Origin: Chloroflexota bacterium
GTDB lineage: Bacteria > Chloroflexota > Dehalococcoidia > UBA2979
DNA length: 64,000 nt
Direction of reading: 5' to 3'
Assembly: GCA_027593235.1 (NCBI GenBank)
Contig: JAQCIU010000001.1
Coordinates: 167,132 to 231,131 of the forward strand
Positions 63,248 through 64,000 of the stretch are shown piece by piece. The notes under the pieces are model-generated. The model was not told where the DNA came from, did no database searches, and saw only the letters and a program-made list of their open reading frames with translations. Each line of letters opens with the position of its first letter. The stretch's first letter is position 1. The translations under genes were made by a program, and so were the position numbers.

Positions 63248-64000
63248 CTACTCGATCACGAGGTAGTAGGCCCCGACATCCGTGAAGCGGACATCGGTCA
63301 CGACGATCAGGTAGCGCCCGGCGGTGGGTGCGGTGAACGTGAACTCCGCGTCGGTGCCGAAGAGGCCACCGGCGCTGTCGTCGTCGTAGGCGAGCGATTC
63401 GTCCGCGTTGTCCGCGCTGTCGAGCGTGACGTCCGGATCGATGTTCAGCGATTCGACGCGGACGGTGATCGTCTCACCATCGATCAGATCGATCTCGTAC
63501 ATGTCGATGTCAGCCGGGTAGTCGATGTTGCCGGCGAACACGCCACGACCGAGGCGACGCCCGTCATCCGCGTCGGCGAAGCGGGCGAGTCCCGGTGAAC
63601 CGCTGATCTCGAATGCGCCGGGCCCGATGTCGAACTGGTTTGCAACCACGATGAATGGCACGTCGAAGTCGATCTCGAAGTCGACCCTCTCCTCGCCGCC
63701 GACGGTGGTGTCCGCGGTGGTCAGGTAGACGCCGGTGGCGTCATACACATCGAGGGCTGCGTCGTTGTCGCTGCTGACCGTGACTGAGACCGAGGTGCCG
63801 ACGGGCCCGCGAACGACGAACGCCCGCTGGTCGTAGTAGTTAGCGAGGTCGAAGGTCAGCGGACCGCTGGTCGCGTCGCCGGAGAACCGGCGATCGCTGA
63901 ACGCGTCCACCGATGTGCCGTCGATCAGCGCGTGCGCGCGCTCGTCGACGATCGGCGCTGCGAGCGCGAGACCGAAGGTATCGGCGAACTTGAAGCCGGA
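63248..64000 (-). CDS. Protein with pre-peptidase C-terminal (PPC)-like beta domains; partial, continues past the window end
   Basis: DIDMYEIDLIDGETITVRVESL ... GRYLIVVTD fits a PPC pattern. The frame stays open from 63910 to 64000, so the N terminus lies outside the window. Confidence 0.6.
   Translation of the reverse strand, partial: SGFKFADTFGLALAAPIVDERAHALIDGTSVDAFSDRRFSGDATSGPLTFDLANYYDQRAFVVRGPVGTSVSVTVSSDNDAALDVYDATGVYLTTADTTVGGEERVDFEIDFDVPFIVVANQFDIGPGAFEISGSPGLARFADADDGRRLGRGVFAGNIDYPADIDMYEIDLIDGETITVRVESLNIDPDVTLDSADNADESLAYDDDSAGGLFGTDAEFTFTAPTAGRYLIVVTDVRFTDVGAYYLVIE

Overview
This is a 64-kb high-GC bacterial chromosomal segment. By gene content it is probably from a Chloroflexota- or Actinomycetota-like organism, but that is inference only. 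I support about 61 protein-coding genes. Most are accessory metabolism and transport:
- AraC regulator with a VOC protein
- family III CoA-transferase
- two tandem acyl-CoA dehydrogenases
- glcDEF
- a sir-cysH sulfate-reduction pair
- three amidohydrolases and a D-aminoacylase
- a BVMO-type monooxygenase
- a cytochrome P450
- MFS, DASS and ABC transporters
- HU
- an OafA-type acyltransferase

I found no rRNA, tRNA, CRISPR array, transposase, integrase, phage genes or recognisable defence system. Many long ORFs in the track are antisense or out-of-frame shadows typical of GC-rich DNA. Several track ORFs are 5' over-extensions, and I re-picked those starts from domain boundaries and Shine-Dalgarno (SD) sequences.

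I could not identify a clearly novel multi-gene system. The items most worth follow-up are:
1. An orphan 646-aa Cys-rich protein with no family I can name.
2. A P450 fused to a SecA-type SEC-C zinc motif. It sits beside a kinase-like, DASS and ABC-2 exporter gene string.
3. A receiver-less OmpR-wHTH::PAS regulator paired divergently with a stand-alone PAS protein, upstream of the ACAD pair. It has an SD-driven 3-codon ORF or in-frame amber codon just before its start.
4. A frameshifted PAS-PAS-GGDEF cyclase.
5. A TlpA thioredoxin translationally coupled to a C-x6-C polytopic membrane protein.
6. Several AT-rich palindromes and repeats in intergenic regions.

All family calls are by-eye motif recognition. 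No database search was run.
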